Source: Octopus sinensis
Taxonomy: Eukaryota
Assembly (NCBI RefSeq): GCF_006345805.1
Contig: NC_042999.1
Span: 49,662,001 to 49,726,000, forward strand
DNA length: 64,000 nt
Direction of reading: 5' to 3'
Part shown: positions 39,470-51,987 of the stretch, piece by piece
How the letters are laid out: every line of letters starts with the position of its first letter
How positions within the stretch are numbered: position 1 is the stretch's first letter
Program-made: the position numbers and the translations under genes
Notes under the pieces: model-generated
The model's database searches: none
What the model was told of the DNA's origin: nothing
What the model saw: only the letters and a program-made list of their open reading frames with translations

Positions 39470-40125
39470 AGCAGCGAGCTGGCAGAATCGTTAGCACGCC
39501 AGGCGAAATGTTTAGCGGTATTTCGTCTTCTGCTACCTTCTGAGTTCAAATCCCGCCGCGGTCGACTTTGCCTTTCATCCTTTCGGGGTCGATTAAATAA
39601 GTACCAGTTACGCACTGGGGTCGATATAATCGACTTAATCCCTTTGTCTGTCCTTGTTTGTCTCCTCTATGTTTAGCCCTCTGTGGGCAGTAAAGAAATA
39701 ATACTCTTACCCTTTTTAAGGGCGGCGAGCTGGCAGAATCGTTAGCACGCCGGGTGAAATACTTAGCGGTATTTCGTCTGCCGTTACGTTCTCAGTTCAA
39801 ATTCCGCCAAGGCCGACTTTGCCTTTCATCCTTTCGGGGTCGATAAATTAAGTACCAGTTATGCACTGGGGTTGATATAATCGACTTTATCCGTGTGTCT
39901 GTTCTTGTTTGTCCCCTCTGTGTTTAGCCCCTTGTGGGTAGTAAAGAAATAGGTATTTCGTCTGCTGCTACCTTCTGAGTTCAAATTCCGCTGCGGTTGA
40001 CTTTGCCTTTCATCCTTTCGGGGTCGATTAAATAAGTACCAGTTATGCACTGGGTATCAATGTAATCGACTTAATCCATTTGTTTGTCCCCTCTGTGTTT
40101 AGCTCCTTGTGAGTAGTAAAGAAAT
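39470..40125 (+). mobile_element. Cluster of three family B SINE units (monomer, monomer, head-truncated unit)
   Basis: GAGCTGGCAGAATCGTTAGC heads near 39476 and 39727; third unit begins GGTATTTCGTCTG at 39952; each ends TGTGGG/TGTGAG..AGTAAAGAAAT. Confidence 0.85.
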
Positions 40126-42464
40126 ATATGTTGTATTATATAAATGTGTTCCATTATGTTAATTTTGTTCTGGTAAATAACAGCAGTGAAATAGCATGAC
40201 TTGCCTCCATGAAAATCACTCACCTCTCTGCTCATAGAGGATTTGTTACACCTATTTATAGGAAGAGTGCACATTCAGATTAGTTGTTTGAGAATGTATT
40301 ACATGCAACATGACTGGATCTTCAATCTATATCCCATGCAATACTCAACCAATCAAAGCACAGGACTCAGCCAATGTTCAAAACTCATATGATAGGTAAG
40401 ACAACCAATCATTGCTGATCAACATGCTGAGCCTATAAAAGGCTGATGGTCTTCAATATGCCATATCAGAAATTAATCTTGCAACAATTTCTTTTATCTG
40501 TTTGTTAGGAGGGTAAGCAGGGCCTGTGACACTTTACAGGGCATGAGGAGGAGGAAACTCTGTCTGAATGCTCACAACGATAGACTCAACTAAAGGCACC
40601 CAATATACTCCTTTTTGTTTTTGTTTTTTTAGGGGTTTTTTTTTTGGGGGGGGGGGAACAATTTTGTCAGGATGCAAACAACAGTGCAGATGCCCTTCTT
40701 CTATTGGGTCTGTGGGACTGATGGTAGGAAATGTAGGAGCTGTCTCCAAACTGGAAAACTGCTTTGAAAAAGACCTAGAACAGAATGAACTCCTTTAAAA
40801 GCAGCTGAAGATAAGGTGACAGATGAATTCCACCATCTAAAACCTTAGAACAGAAAAGATTTAGGATAAATAATTATAAGGTATCATCTCATCCATGATA
40901 TAAGGGATTCCACTCAGTCATTCTTGACAAATTTCACTCAAATATATACATGCACACACACACACATACAATGGGTTCTTTGTTTCTGTCTAATAAATTT
41001 ACTTACAGAGCATTGGTCAAGCTAAGTCTATGAAAGCGAACACTCATGCAAAGTGCTAGACAGTGTGACTGAACCCAATACTGTGTGTTTGGAAAGTGAG
41101 CTTCTTAACCTCGCAGCCATGCCTGAGCCTATTATAGCCGAAATATATCAGGAATGCAAAACAATACAAACAAAAGCTCAAAGAAATTGACTTATTCTAT
41201 AAGAACAAAACAGTTCAGTTTTGTAAGTTGTAGCTCTTCAGAATAGTTGAATGCAGCTTTTTAGTGCATTTGGGCTATGGCCTTTTCTCAAGAAATACAG
41301 TATAAAAAGTAATGTCAGATAATGGCCAATTGAAGTAAACGAGCGGAAAGGATATTCAAGTCAAAGGAGATAATGAGCAAAAGCTCTGATGTATATGTAC
41401 ATGCCTTCTTTTGCATACATGTACATGTGTGTATGTAGATATGTGTGTACATGTATACATACATACGTACACAAATGCATTTTTGAGAATATGTTCTTTA
41501 CAAGTGTATGTAGCTATGTACGTAAATTCCAAAGAAGTGCTTTGAAGTTTGGCATGGTAGATAAAATGGAGAAGTCCATAGAAATTCTGGTTTTAATCTA
41601 AAACGAAAATCTACACCATGTAGAATAGTTTGGATTTTTACGAGGATGTCAAATCACAAATGTCACATCTTTGATGAGACATCTGTGAAGCAAGCCTTTG
41701 ACAAACTACAAATGACTACCTATGCTTGGATACATTTCACCTGCAACACAAAGAACTCTTTCATCTCTTTCCAATACTTTTCCTCCTAATAACTACCTTT
41801 ATTTTAATCTATCATAAGACTTGAATTTATGTTGCTGTCGTTTTTTAATTCTGGATAGCCTTGATTTAGCAAATCTGTTATCAAAGCTATCCCACTAATG
41901 ACCATTTGATATTATTATCAAAGAATACTCTTTTACTTGTTTCAGTCATTTGACTGTGGCAATGCTGGAGCACCACCCTTAGTTGACCAAATCGACGCCA
42001 GGGCTTATTCTATCGGTCACTTTCGCCGAACTGCTAGGTGATGGGGCGTAAACACACCAGCATCGGTTGTCAAGCGATGTTGGAGGGACAAACACACACA
42101 CACAAACATATACACACATACACACATATATATATATATAAAATACAAATAAGAAAATGGAGAAACAAAATTCATCAACTTTCGGATATCATAATGATGG
42201 ATTATTTATTCATTTAACAAAATGAGAAGATCAATAGCATACATATATATCTTATAATTCAATACATATAAAATATAAGATAAGAATACAAATTATAAAA
42301 GTCATAATATACATTAATGAAATCATTAAAATCACTTCTTACAGCTGTTTCAGCCTATGGCTCAAAGTAGATAATTTTATTTTCATTGCCTATAGGTATA
42401 CCAACAGTATATTGGATAAATGCTATCCCATAGTGGGTTACACCCATAACCCCTATTTTACTTT

Positions 42465-42548
<84 letters not shown>

Positions 42549-43069
42549 CGACGGGCTTCTTTCAGTTTCCGTCTACCAAATCCACTCACAAGGCTTTGGT
42601 CGGCCCAAGGTGCCATGCAGTAGGAATGAACCCGGAACCATATAGTTCATAAGCAAGCTGCTTACCACACAACCACTCCTACACCTATAGCTTATTGTTA
42701 TTAAATATGCTCTTTTCTAATAATTTTTTCTTCAAGTGGCAACAACCATGATGTTTTTCTTTACCACACCACACTAGGAATCTCTGGCTGCACTCCATTA
42801 GGTTGTTCCTTAGTTTCATATCGTGTAATTCTGACAATAACATCATTATAGTTAATTGGTCTTCATCCTCTGTTAGGGTGTAAAAAATTTTTAAAAATAA
42901 AACATCATGGCTATGTGACAAGAAGCTTGCTTCCCAACCACATGGATTTGGGTTCAGTCCTACTGCATGGCACCTTGGGCAAGTGTCTTTTACTATAGCC
43001 TCAGGCCAACCAAATACCTTGTGAGTGGATTTGGTAGACAGAAACTGAAAGAAGCCCATCGTGTGTGCT

Positions 43070-43240
43070 TTTTCTCTCCTTTGTTCTCTCCTTGTTTTTT
43101 TCTGTGTATCTTTCTGTCGAAGAGCGTAGGCTCGAAACATAAAAGACTTTTTCTATTCCTGAGCACTATACTAATACATTTGTTTGTTTGTACTCCACCT
43201 GCCTTTGTCTTTTGTTTATTTTCGTAAATTTTTCCTTTAT
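43070..43240 (+). mobile_element. Family H1 short repeat carrying a minimal hammerhead-like motif, ending at (TA)n
   Basis: 43109-43146: TCTTT CTGTCGA A GAGC GTAG GCTC GAAAC ATA AAAGA. Confidence 0.65.
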
Positions 43241-43253
43241 ATATATATATACA

Positions 43254-44525
43254 CGAGGGGCGTTCAATAAGTAATGCCCCTGACCCACTTCCCATAGTAG
43301 TAGAGCAACGAAACTTGGAACAGTTATTAGTCTTTTTCTACATAGGAACCACCCAGAGTTACGCATTTCTCCCATCGTTTGATGCAGCTCTGGAGACCGT
43401 TTTTGTAGAAGACCCCAGCTTGGTCCTCCAGCCACGACGTGACTTCAGAAATCAAGGCTGCATCATCTGGGAAACGCTTTCCTTTCAAAAACAACTTCAT
43501 GGCTGGGAAGAGGTGAAAATCAGAGGGTGCAAGGTCAGGAGAGTAGGGGGTATGGGGGAGGAGTTCATAGCCGCATGCCTGTACTTCTGATCTGGCGACA
43601 CGCGAGTTGTGGACCGGAGCGCTGTCCTGCAGGAGGAGGATGCCTTTGCTGATCTTGCCCCGCCTCTTGATTTTTATAGCTTCTCTTAATTTCCTCAAAA
43701 GTGAAGCATAATAGGCTCCTGTAATTGTGGTACCCTTTGCCAGGAAATCTGTCATCACTACTCCGTCCTGGTCCCAGATGACTGTGAGCATGACCTTGCC
43801 AGCGGAGGGCTACACCCTTGCCTTCTTTGGAGGAGGTGAGTCACGGTGCTTCCACTGCATTGACTGGGCTTTGGTATCTGGATCATAGTGATGGACCCAG
43901 GTTTCATCCTGTGTAATCAGTCTTTTGAAAAATTTTGACTCATCTTCTTGGCACATCTCCAAATTCATCCTCGAGCACTCGACTCGTTCTTGCTTCTGGA
44001 AAGGTGTGAGCAACCTGGAAATCCATCTGGCAGACACCTTTTGCATATGCAAATGGTCATGAATGATAGTTTCCACATACCCGGTACTAATCTTGACCTC
44101 ATGGGCTATTTGGCAAATAGTTATGCGTCGATCTTCCAAAATGGCAGCCCTCAACTTGACAGAAGTGGGGCGACCAGATCTGGGAGCTGTTTCCACAGAG
44201 TTCCGACCATGTTTGAATTCACGATGCCAGCGTTTTACAAGGTCATATGATGGGGCATCATCACCATAAGTTACTTTCATTTCATCAAAAGTCTCCCGTG
44301 GTGTGCGTCCTTTCAAATACAAAAACCGGATCACTGCTCGACACTCAACAGGTTCCATTTCACACTTGACTCAGTTCAAACACCTGTCAATCAGAAACCT
44401 CAATTAGCTCAGAGCTGTAATTTGCCACTGAATCTATAGAGATATAAATAATTGCACATGCAAAATTTCAGCTAGATCAAACAACTGCAAGTGGGTCAGG
44501 GGCATTACTTATTGAACGTCCCTCG
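43254..44525 (-). mobile_element. Mariner transposon (irritans/Himar1-like), nearly intact
   Basis: Near-perfect TIRs CGAGGGGCGTTCAATAAGTAATGCCCCTGACCCACTT and AAGTGGGTCAGGGGCATTACTTATTGAACGTCCCTCG; lies in TA context. Confidence 0.95.
43327..44358 (-). pseudogene. Mariner transposase (~343 codons) interrupted by one in-frame TAG
   Basis: ORFs 43810..44358 and 43327..43791 are in the same frame; motifs ITQDETWVHHYDP, KKARV*PSAGKVM, LLLQDSAPVH, PYSPDLAPSDFHLF (D,D34D). Confidence 0.93.
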
Positions 44526-45919
44526 TATATGGGGAGACCTCCTTCGATGATGAATGAGCATGGTATTGTACCTAGAATGTTACCCTCCAAGGTACAAGTC
44601 CAGGCATGGTTGTTTATGGAAGGCCAGCAGTTGCCCATGCATACCAGCCTCCCCTCTCTACTCCACCTATGTTATCCAAAGGAAAGGCAAAGGCTGATAC
44701 ACCTTGGCACTAGTGATGTCACAACTCATTTCTACAGCTGAGTTAACTAGAGCAACATGAAATAAAGTGTCTTGCTCAAGAACACAACATGCAGCCTGGT
44801 CCGAGAATTGAACTCACAACCTCACGATTGTAAGCTCGACACTCTAACCACTGAGCCATGTACCTTCACACGTATATATATATATATATATATATTGTCA
44901 TCATCATTTAATGTCCATCTTCCATGCATGCATGGGTAGGATGGTTGACAGGAGCCAGCCAGGTAGAAAACTATGCTAGGTTACTGTGTCTGTTTTGGCA
45001 GGGTTTTTGCAGCTAGATGCCCTTCCTAACACCAACCACTCAGCAGAGTGGACTCAGTGCTTTCTACATGGCACTAGCACAGGTGAGGTTAGATTTTGCA
45101 TTATTTTTACTGCTGAATTCCCTTCCAAATGCCAACCACTTTACAGTGTAGACTGATACTTTTATATGGCTCCAACACTGGCAGAGTCAGCAAGTAACTT
45201 GCAAAACAAGGAATTTGAGATAGGCAGGGGCATTTGAAGAGGGGAACTTGTGTCAGAGGATGAAAGGCTAGAGTGTGACAGAGACAGACAGACAGAAACA
45301 GGTGTCTTGCTATAACAGAGGGAGCATTGTAGGAGGTGAGCTGGAATCAGCTGATGAAAGGTTAGTGTGAGACAGAGAAACAGAGGCAGGATTAGGTGTC
45401 TTGCTATAGAGGAGGTACATGATTAACCAGTGGGAGGGTGAGGGAAGGAGAGACAGGGTAAGGGAAGGAGGAACAGAGTGAGTGAGGGGGAGAGAAGTAC
45501 AAGAAAGAGGACAGAAACAGGTGTGCTGATGTAAAGGAGATACTTAGTTACCTAGACAGAGGGCAAACAAGAGGAGAGAGAGAGTGTGATCAAGAATGAT
45601 GGAAGAAATAGGTGTGCTGCTGTAAAGGAAATATGTGACAACTCAACCAGAGGGAAGAATAAGGGAAAGAGAGAGAGAGAGTAGGAAGCAGCAAATGCAT
45701 AAGAGAGAGCAGGAGAGAGATGACGTGTTAGGGTATACTCACAAGTAACAAGGATCAGAGCACAGATATGATGGTAGAGTAAGGAAGTGAGAGGCACAAA
45801 GGTCGTAAAATATGTAGTCAGGTATTGCCAAAAAGGTGCAAGCAGGGAGTGGGGATCAAAGTGGGTGGTAAAAACCTGGGTAAAACAGATGATGGGGAAG
45901 AAGCAGCAATACGGGGAAC

Positions 45920-46900
45920 AGGAAAGGGAACAGGAAGACAATCATAGTTTATGAAGAAGAAATCTGAGGAAGAGAAAAATGCAGTTTAGAAGAGATGTTG
46001 TTTAGTTTCTTGGAGTAGGTGTGTGAAAAGTTTCTTGTTACATGTGGGTAGGACACAATGCTTCTAGCACTCAGTTTTGCTGATGTGGGTGGGTCTCCTC
46101 TTGAACCTCATATTGCCAAATATCTCAGCTTGTTGTCATTTTCTGCCATGAGCCCCAACATCCTAAGATCGGTCCTTACCACTTCACCCCATGTCTTCCT
46201 GGGTCACCCTCTTCTACAAATACCCTCCACACTGTGACAGGCAGGGCAGGAAAAGGAACAGGAAGACAATCATAGGTTATGAAGAGGAAATGTGAGGAAG
46301 AGAAAAATGCAGTTTAGAAGAGATGTTGTTTAGTTTCTTGGAGTAGGTGTGTGAAAAGTTTCTTGTTACATGTGGGTAGGACACAATGCTTCTAGCACTC
46401 AGTTTTGCTGATGTGGGTGGGTATTCTCTAGAACCTCATATTACCAAATATCTTGGTCCGTTGTTCTTTTCTGCCATGAGCCCCAACATCCTAAAATCGG
46501 TCCTTACCACTTCACCCCATGTCTTCCTGGGTCACCCTCTTCTACAAGTACCCTCTACACTGTGACAGGCAGGGCAGGAAAAGGAACAGGAAGACAATCA
46601 TAGGTTATGAAGAGGAAATGTGAGGAAGAGAAAAATGCAGTTTAGAAGAGATGTTGTTTAGTTTCTTGGAGTAGGTGTGTGAAAAGTTTCTTGTTACATG
46701 TGGGTAGGACACAATGCTTCTAGCACTCAGTTTTGCTGATGTGGGTGGGTCTTCTCTAGAACCTCATATTGCCAAATATCTCGGTTCGTTGTCATTTTCT
46801 GCCATGAGCCCCAACATCCTAAGATTGGTCCTCACCACTTCCCCCCACGTCTTCCTGGGTCACCCTCTTCTACAAGTACCATCTACTCTGTGACAGGCAC
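45920..46900. repeat. Tandem triplication, 328-bp period
   Basis: CAGGAAGACAATCATAG begins at 45931, 46259 and 46587. Confidence 0.92.
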
Positions 46901-47150
46901 TTCGGCATACAACTGTCTTTACTCATATGCACCACATGTCCAAACCAATGCATTCTTCTCTCCTGCATGCCACATTTAATCCCTCTTATGCCTAACTTTT
47001 CTCTCAATACATTTGTGCTTTGTTGGTCATGCACACCAATGCTGCAAATCCAACAGGGCATACTACCTTCATTCCTCTCCAGCCTATGCATGTCCTTCAC
47101 AGCCAGAGCCCATGTCTCACTACCATGTAATACATAAGTGTGTTCTTGTA
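46730..47150 (-). mobile_element. RTE-clade LINE 3' fragment
   Basis: ORF 46870..47100: RLERNEGSM.CWIC..LREKLGIRGI..MQERRMHWFGHV.HM, preceded by LHGSETWA; RTE RT C-terminus. Confidence 0.85.
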
Positions 47151-47394
47151 CATAACCACCACTTGACGACTGCTGTTGGTTTATTTACATCCCTGTAACT
47201 TAGTAATTTGGCAAAATAGACTGATAGAATAAGTACCAGGGGTCTCATAAAACAAAAACAAAGTCTTGGGGTTGATTTATTTGACTAGAACCCTTCAAGG
47301 TAGTGCCCCAGCATGGCTTCAATCAGATGACTGAAACTAGTAAAAGAAAATATAAAAGATAGGATTTGTTGTTCGGTGTATTAACAGTGACAAG

Positions 47395-47805
47395 ATGGCA
47401 AGCTGGCAGAAACGTTAGCATGCCGGGTGAAATGCTTAGCGGTATTTTGTCTGCCGTTATGTTCTAAGTTCAAATTCCGCCAAGGCCGACTTTGCCTTTC
47501 ATCCTTTCGGGGTCGATAAATTAAGTACCAGTTACGCATTGGGATCGATGTAATCAACTTAATCCCTTTGTCTGTCCTTGTTTGTCCCCTCTGTGTTTAG
47601 CCCCTTGTGGGTAATAAAGAAATAGGTATTTCGTCTGCCACTACGTTCTGAGTTCAAATTCCGCCAAGGTCAACTTTGCCTTTCATCCTTTCGGGGTTGA
47701 TAAATTAAGTACCAGTTAAGCATTGGGATCGATGTAATCGACCTAATCCATTTGTCTGTCCTTGTTTGTCCCCTCTGTGCTTAGCCCATTGTGGGTAGTA
47801 AAGAA
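47395..47805 (+). mobile_element. Family B SINE dimer
   Basis: Same internal junction AAAGAAATAGGTATTTCGTCTG as at ~39943-39963. Confidence 0.85.
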
Positions 47806-48349
47806 AAAGTAATAACAGTGACTAGTAAAGCCTAAACATTATTGTATTACAATAATAGAGATGGGTGAAATGAGTCCATAAATCTCCACTTTTGTCTTAT
47901 ACTCATAACATGAAATATTTTGAGCTCTTATGACAAGTGTTGTGTGCATAGCATCAAGGTGTACTTGAGGCTCTTCCTCATTATAGTCTAATGATGACAG
48001 AATGTGATAGTATGATTCAAGATTTAGCTACTATTTCTTGCAGATCATGTAAACACAAAGATGTTCCTTCATTGGTTTTAGTGCAGTTTCTGTAATTTGT
48101 TTCTATAATTCGGATTTTAGAAACAATAGTTTGGCTGAGTGATAAATCTGAATGTAAAGGATTATCAATTCAAGCTATAAATGAAAAGTGCAATAATGGA
48201 AACTAAATTTTCATTATATGCTCTGAAAAATTATTGAATAGTTAATAACCTCTGCAAAGAGTTCTATAGCTTGAGGAACTTGTTCACATTGTTTTGATTT
48301 GGTTTCATATTTGAAATGCTGTTACTTTAATATTTATGGGATTTGATTG

Positions 48350-49770
48350 TTTAGTTTGAGACTTGATGTGAAACATTTAGCTCGAGGCTTGAGTTGTTTG
48401 GTCTGAGACATTAGATTCAAGATGTTTCATTTGAGACGTTTGGTCTCCATTTAAAAAAAATATTAGCAATGTGGTGCTGAACATATTTTCATTACTCTGA
48501 GTGGGTCAAATCACAATATAGACATACCTTAAATAATGTATAATTTAATGATTCTGAAGGGAAGGACCACTAGACAAAATACAACAAAAAAATGTTTACT
48601 TGCAAACTCCTTCACGTTAAACTAACGATGATTGTAATGAGTGCAATCACACAGTAATTAATTAATAGAATGATTGCAATGTAATCTTGCACATAACTTT
48701 CTATTGTTTAAAAATTTGGTTAAATTGACTGTTACTAATACAGTTGATTTCATTTAATTGCATAGGCTTGGCAAGTGAAATGATTATGCAATTAACCAGA
48801 GCAAGCAATTAAATCAATTTGCAGAGTAGACCATAAATTACATATCAAGATATTATCAGCAGCAAGATGCAGGAGTTGGCGTCGAGCTGGCAGAAATGTT
48901 AGCATGTCGGACGAAATGCTTAGCGGCATTTCGTCTGCCGTTACGTTTGGATAAGAGGGAAGACATTAGGGCTGGGGTAAGATGGAGTACAATATAAGGC
49001 TGAGAGAAGGGACAGCACAAAAATGTAGGGCTTGGAAGAGGGGATATTATATAGAGCTGAGAGAAGGGAAAATTATATAGGGTTGAGAGAAGGGGATACT
49101 GTGTAGTGTTGGCAGGAAATGGGGGACACATTGAAGGACTGAGAGAGGAGGGGACCCATCATATAGGGCTTGGTGAAGTGGGAGCACAATGTAGGGCTGG
49201 GAGAAGAGGGGGATCACAGTGTAGGATTGAGAGAAAGGACCCACAATAGTGGGTTTGCTTTGATACCAGCCCTGCATAGGATATCAGCAAAACATTTAAC
49301 AATTATCAAACTGATACTATCAATAAAAATGACAGATACAATGTTTTGGAACATACGTGAGTAAAATGCACACATAATATCCTAAAAGTACAAAAGCTTT
49401 TTATTCTTGTTTTGTTATATGATACATACATATGAATTATATTGTGTATAAATTATCATCATGTAATGCATAAATTAATATAATTATATGTGTGGCAGTG
49501 TGGTATTTAGCTTACTTACCAACCACATTTTTGTTGTTGTATTTTGTCTAGTGGTCCTTCTCTTCAGAATCATCAAATTATACCTTATTTAAGGTATGTC
49601 TATATTGTGATTTGACCCACTCAGAGTAATGAACATATTTTCAGCACCACATTCCTAGTATTTTTTTAAAATGGAGACCAAACGTCTCAAATGAAACATC
49701 TTGAATCTAATGTCTCAGACCAAACAACTCAAGCCTCGAGCTAAATGTTTCACATCAAGTCTCAAACTAA
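48350..49770. repeat. ~245-bp inverted repeat pair (48350-48594 and 49526-49770)
   Basis: TTAGTTTGAGACTTGATGTG..CTAGACAAAATACAAC is reverse-complemented with few mismatches. Confidence 0.92.
48955..49255 (+). repeat. Diverged G/A-rich minisatellite (~33-bp unit containing TAGGGCTGAGAGAAGGGG)
   Basis: About nine degenerate copies following a family B SINE head. Confidence 0.75.
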
Positions 49771-50124
49771 TCCTCTGGCCCCTGTGCCGGTGGCACGTAA
49801 AAAGCACCCACTACACTCATGGAGTGGTTGGCATTAGGAAGGGCATCCAGCTGTAGAAACACTGCCAGATGAGACTGGAGCCTGGTGCTGCCTCCTGGCT
49901 TCCCAGACCCCGGTCAAACCATCCAATCCATGCTAGCTTGGAAAACGGATATTAAACGATGATGAAGAATGTACATATGTATATAGTTCAAATGTACAGA
50001 AAACAAAAGACAAAGAAAGGTGAGGGAACACAAAGTAGGTGTATTAGTCTGATGCTCAGTAAAAATGTAGGAGTCTTTGATGTTTCAGGCTTATGGTCTT
50101 CAACAGAAAGGGGTGATATATATG

Positions 50125-50289
50125 CATAGGAGTGGGTGTGTGGTAAGTAGCTTGCTTCCCAACCACTTGGTTCTGGGTTCATTCCCACTGCGTGGCACCT
50201 TGGGCAAGTGTCTTCAACTATAGCCTTGGGCCAACCAAAGCCTTGTGAGTGGATTTGGTAGACGGAAACTGAATGAAGCCCATCGTATG

Positions 50290-50330
<41 letters not shown>

Positions 50331-50535
50331 GTTTGTGTGTCTGTGTTTGTCTCCCCAACATTGCTTGACAACCGATGCTGGTGTGTTTACATCCCTGTAA
50401 CTTAGCGGTTCGGCAAAAGAGTCCGATAGAATAAGTATTAATCTTACAAAGAATAAGTCCTGGGGCCGATTTGCACGACTAAAGGCAGTGCTCCAGCATG
50501 GCCACAGTCAAATGACTGAAACGAGTAAAAGAGTA
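50125..50535 (+). mobile_element. Family A SINE, full length
   Basis: Colinear with 27170-27568. Confidence 0.88.
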
Positions 50536-51143
50536 TATATATGAGAGAGAGAAATACAGTGAACAGGAATGCATGGCCCCTTGGCAAACTGTTTCTTTTG
50601 CCATGCAGCTGGGTTGATCCCCAAACTACGTAGTAGAAAAGTGAACTTCTAAGCTACACAATCATGCCTGCATCTATGACCTACATAAAGGAAAATTATT
50701 AAAATTAAACAAACCACAACACCGACCAACAAATCGAAAATGAAAAATGATAAAAGGAAAATTTTAGTAAGAGGAAATCTAAGAAACCTATCACTTCTTT
50801 GTGACTATTGTAAAGTGAATCAACAGTTGATTAGATGTGTTATTCCTTTTGTGGTTTCAATTATCAAACAGCAACTATGCTGGGGAGGTTGCATCAGTGG
50901 GTTTTAATCAATTGTTTTGACACTAGTTATTTCAGTCTGGTACTTATATTATTGATTTTCTGTTGATTGAATGATTAGATTTTATTTGGTTAAAAGAATA
51001 TGAGTTGACACTGATAACATAAAAAGAATAATGATTAACACTGCTAGCACTGGTATACTCAAATGCAGATACATATACACAAACACACCTACACATTGCA
51101 CTTCTCTCTCTCTCTCTCTCTCCCTTTATAAATGTGAACACAC

Positions 51144-51178
<35 letters not shown>

Positions 51179-51942
51179 GAGAAGAACCACTATGAAGCGA
51201 TTCAACAATGCTATACTTAAATAATACCATATAGAAAAAATAAAGATTCGATAAAACATTTACCTAAAACTAAATAAAGTACTAAATGATACATAGTATA
51301 TAATTAGTATTACTATATTGAATTTTTCCTTGTAAGTTTGGAATCATATTCCCTATTATTATTATTATTATATATACTTGTCCTGGCAGGACAAGTGAGA
51401 CCAGCCGTAGAAACATTGCTAGATCAGACTGGGCCTGGTGCAGCCTTCTGGCTCCCCAGACCCCAGCTGAACCGTCCAACCTATGCCAGCATGGAAAGCG
51501 GACGCTAAACGATGATGATGATACTCTCATTTAACTCTGCTTACTAACTAACATTGGCAAGCAACAATTTAATTATTCTCTTCTGAAGATTTGGTGTATC
51601 AAGGTGATTAATCAATCATTTATGCAATGATTTCTGCACAACTTATTAATATATGCCAATAAAATTCAAGTAAAGATATATGATTTATGATGTTATGATA
51701 AAGTTTAAATCACTTGCTTCATTCTGTTTTTGTGTCTTTGCATCCACCATTCCATACATATAGATTATATATATATATATATATATAATGTAGTTCGAAG
51801 GGAAATATAATCTGGGCAAATACTGTATTGGCTCTTAGTTAAGTTCCAGCTAAAGGTTAACCACTTCAATCAGCATTTAACGTCTGTGAATACTATTTGT
51901 TCATTATTTACATTTGACAGATATATGTCCTCATCTTTGTTG

Positions 51943-51987
51943 TTAACATGTTTCAGCTGATATACCCTCCAACCTTCTTCAGGTGTC
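51943..51987 (-). ncRNA. Hammerhead-ribozyme-like relic with canonical CUGAAGA core (family H3)
   Basis: GACAC CTGAAGA A GGTTG GAGGGTATAT CAGCT GAAAC ATGTT; the NUH triplet appears deleted. Confidence 0.5.

Noticed and set aside
42335-42470. GGCTGAAACAGCTGT half-hammerhead on the minus strand
   Set aside because: No CUGANGA partner before the sequence ends at (TA)n.
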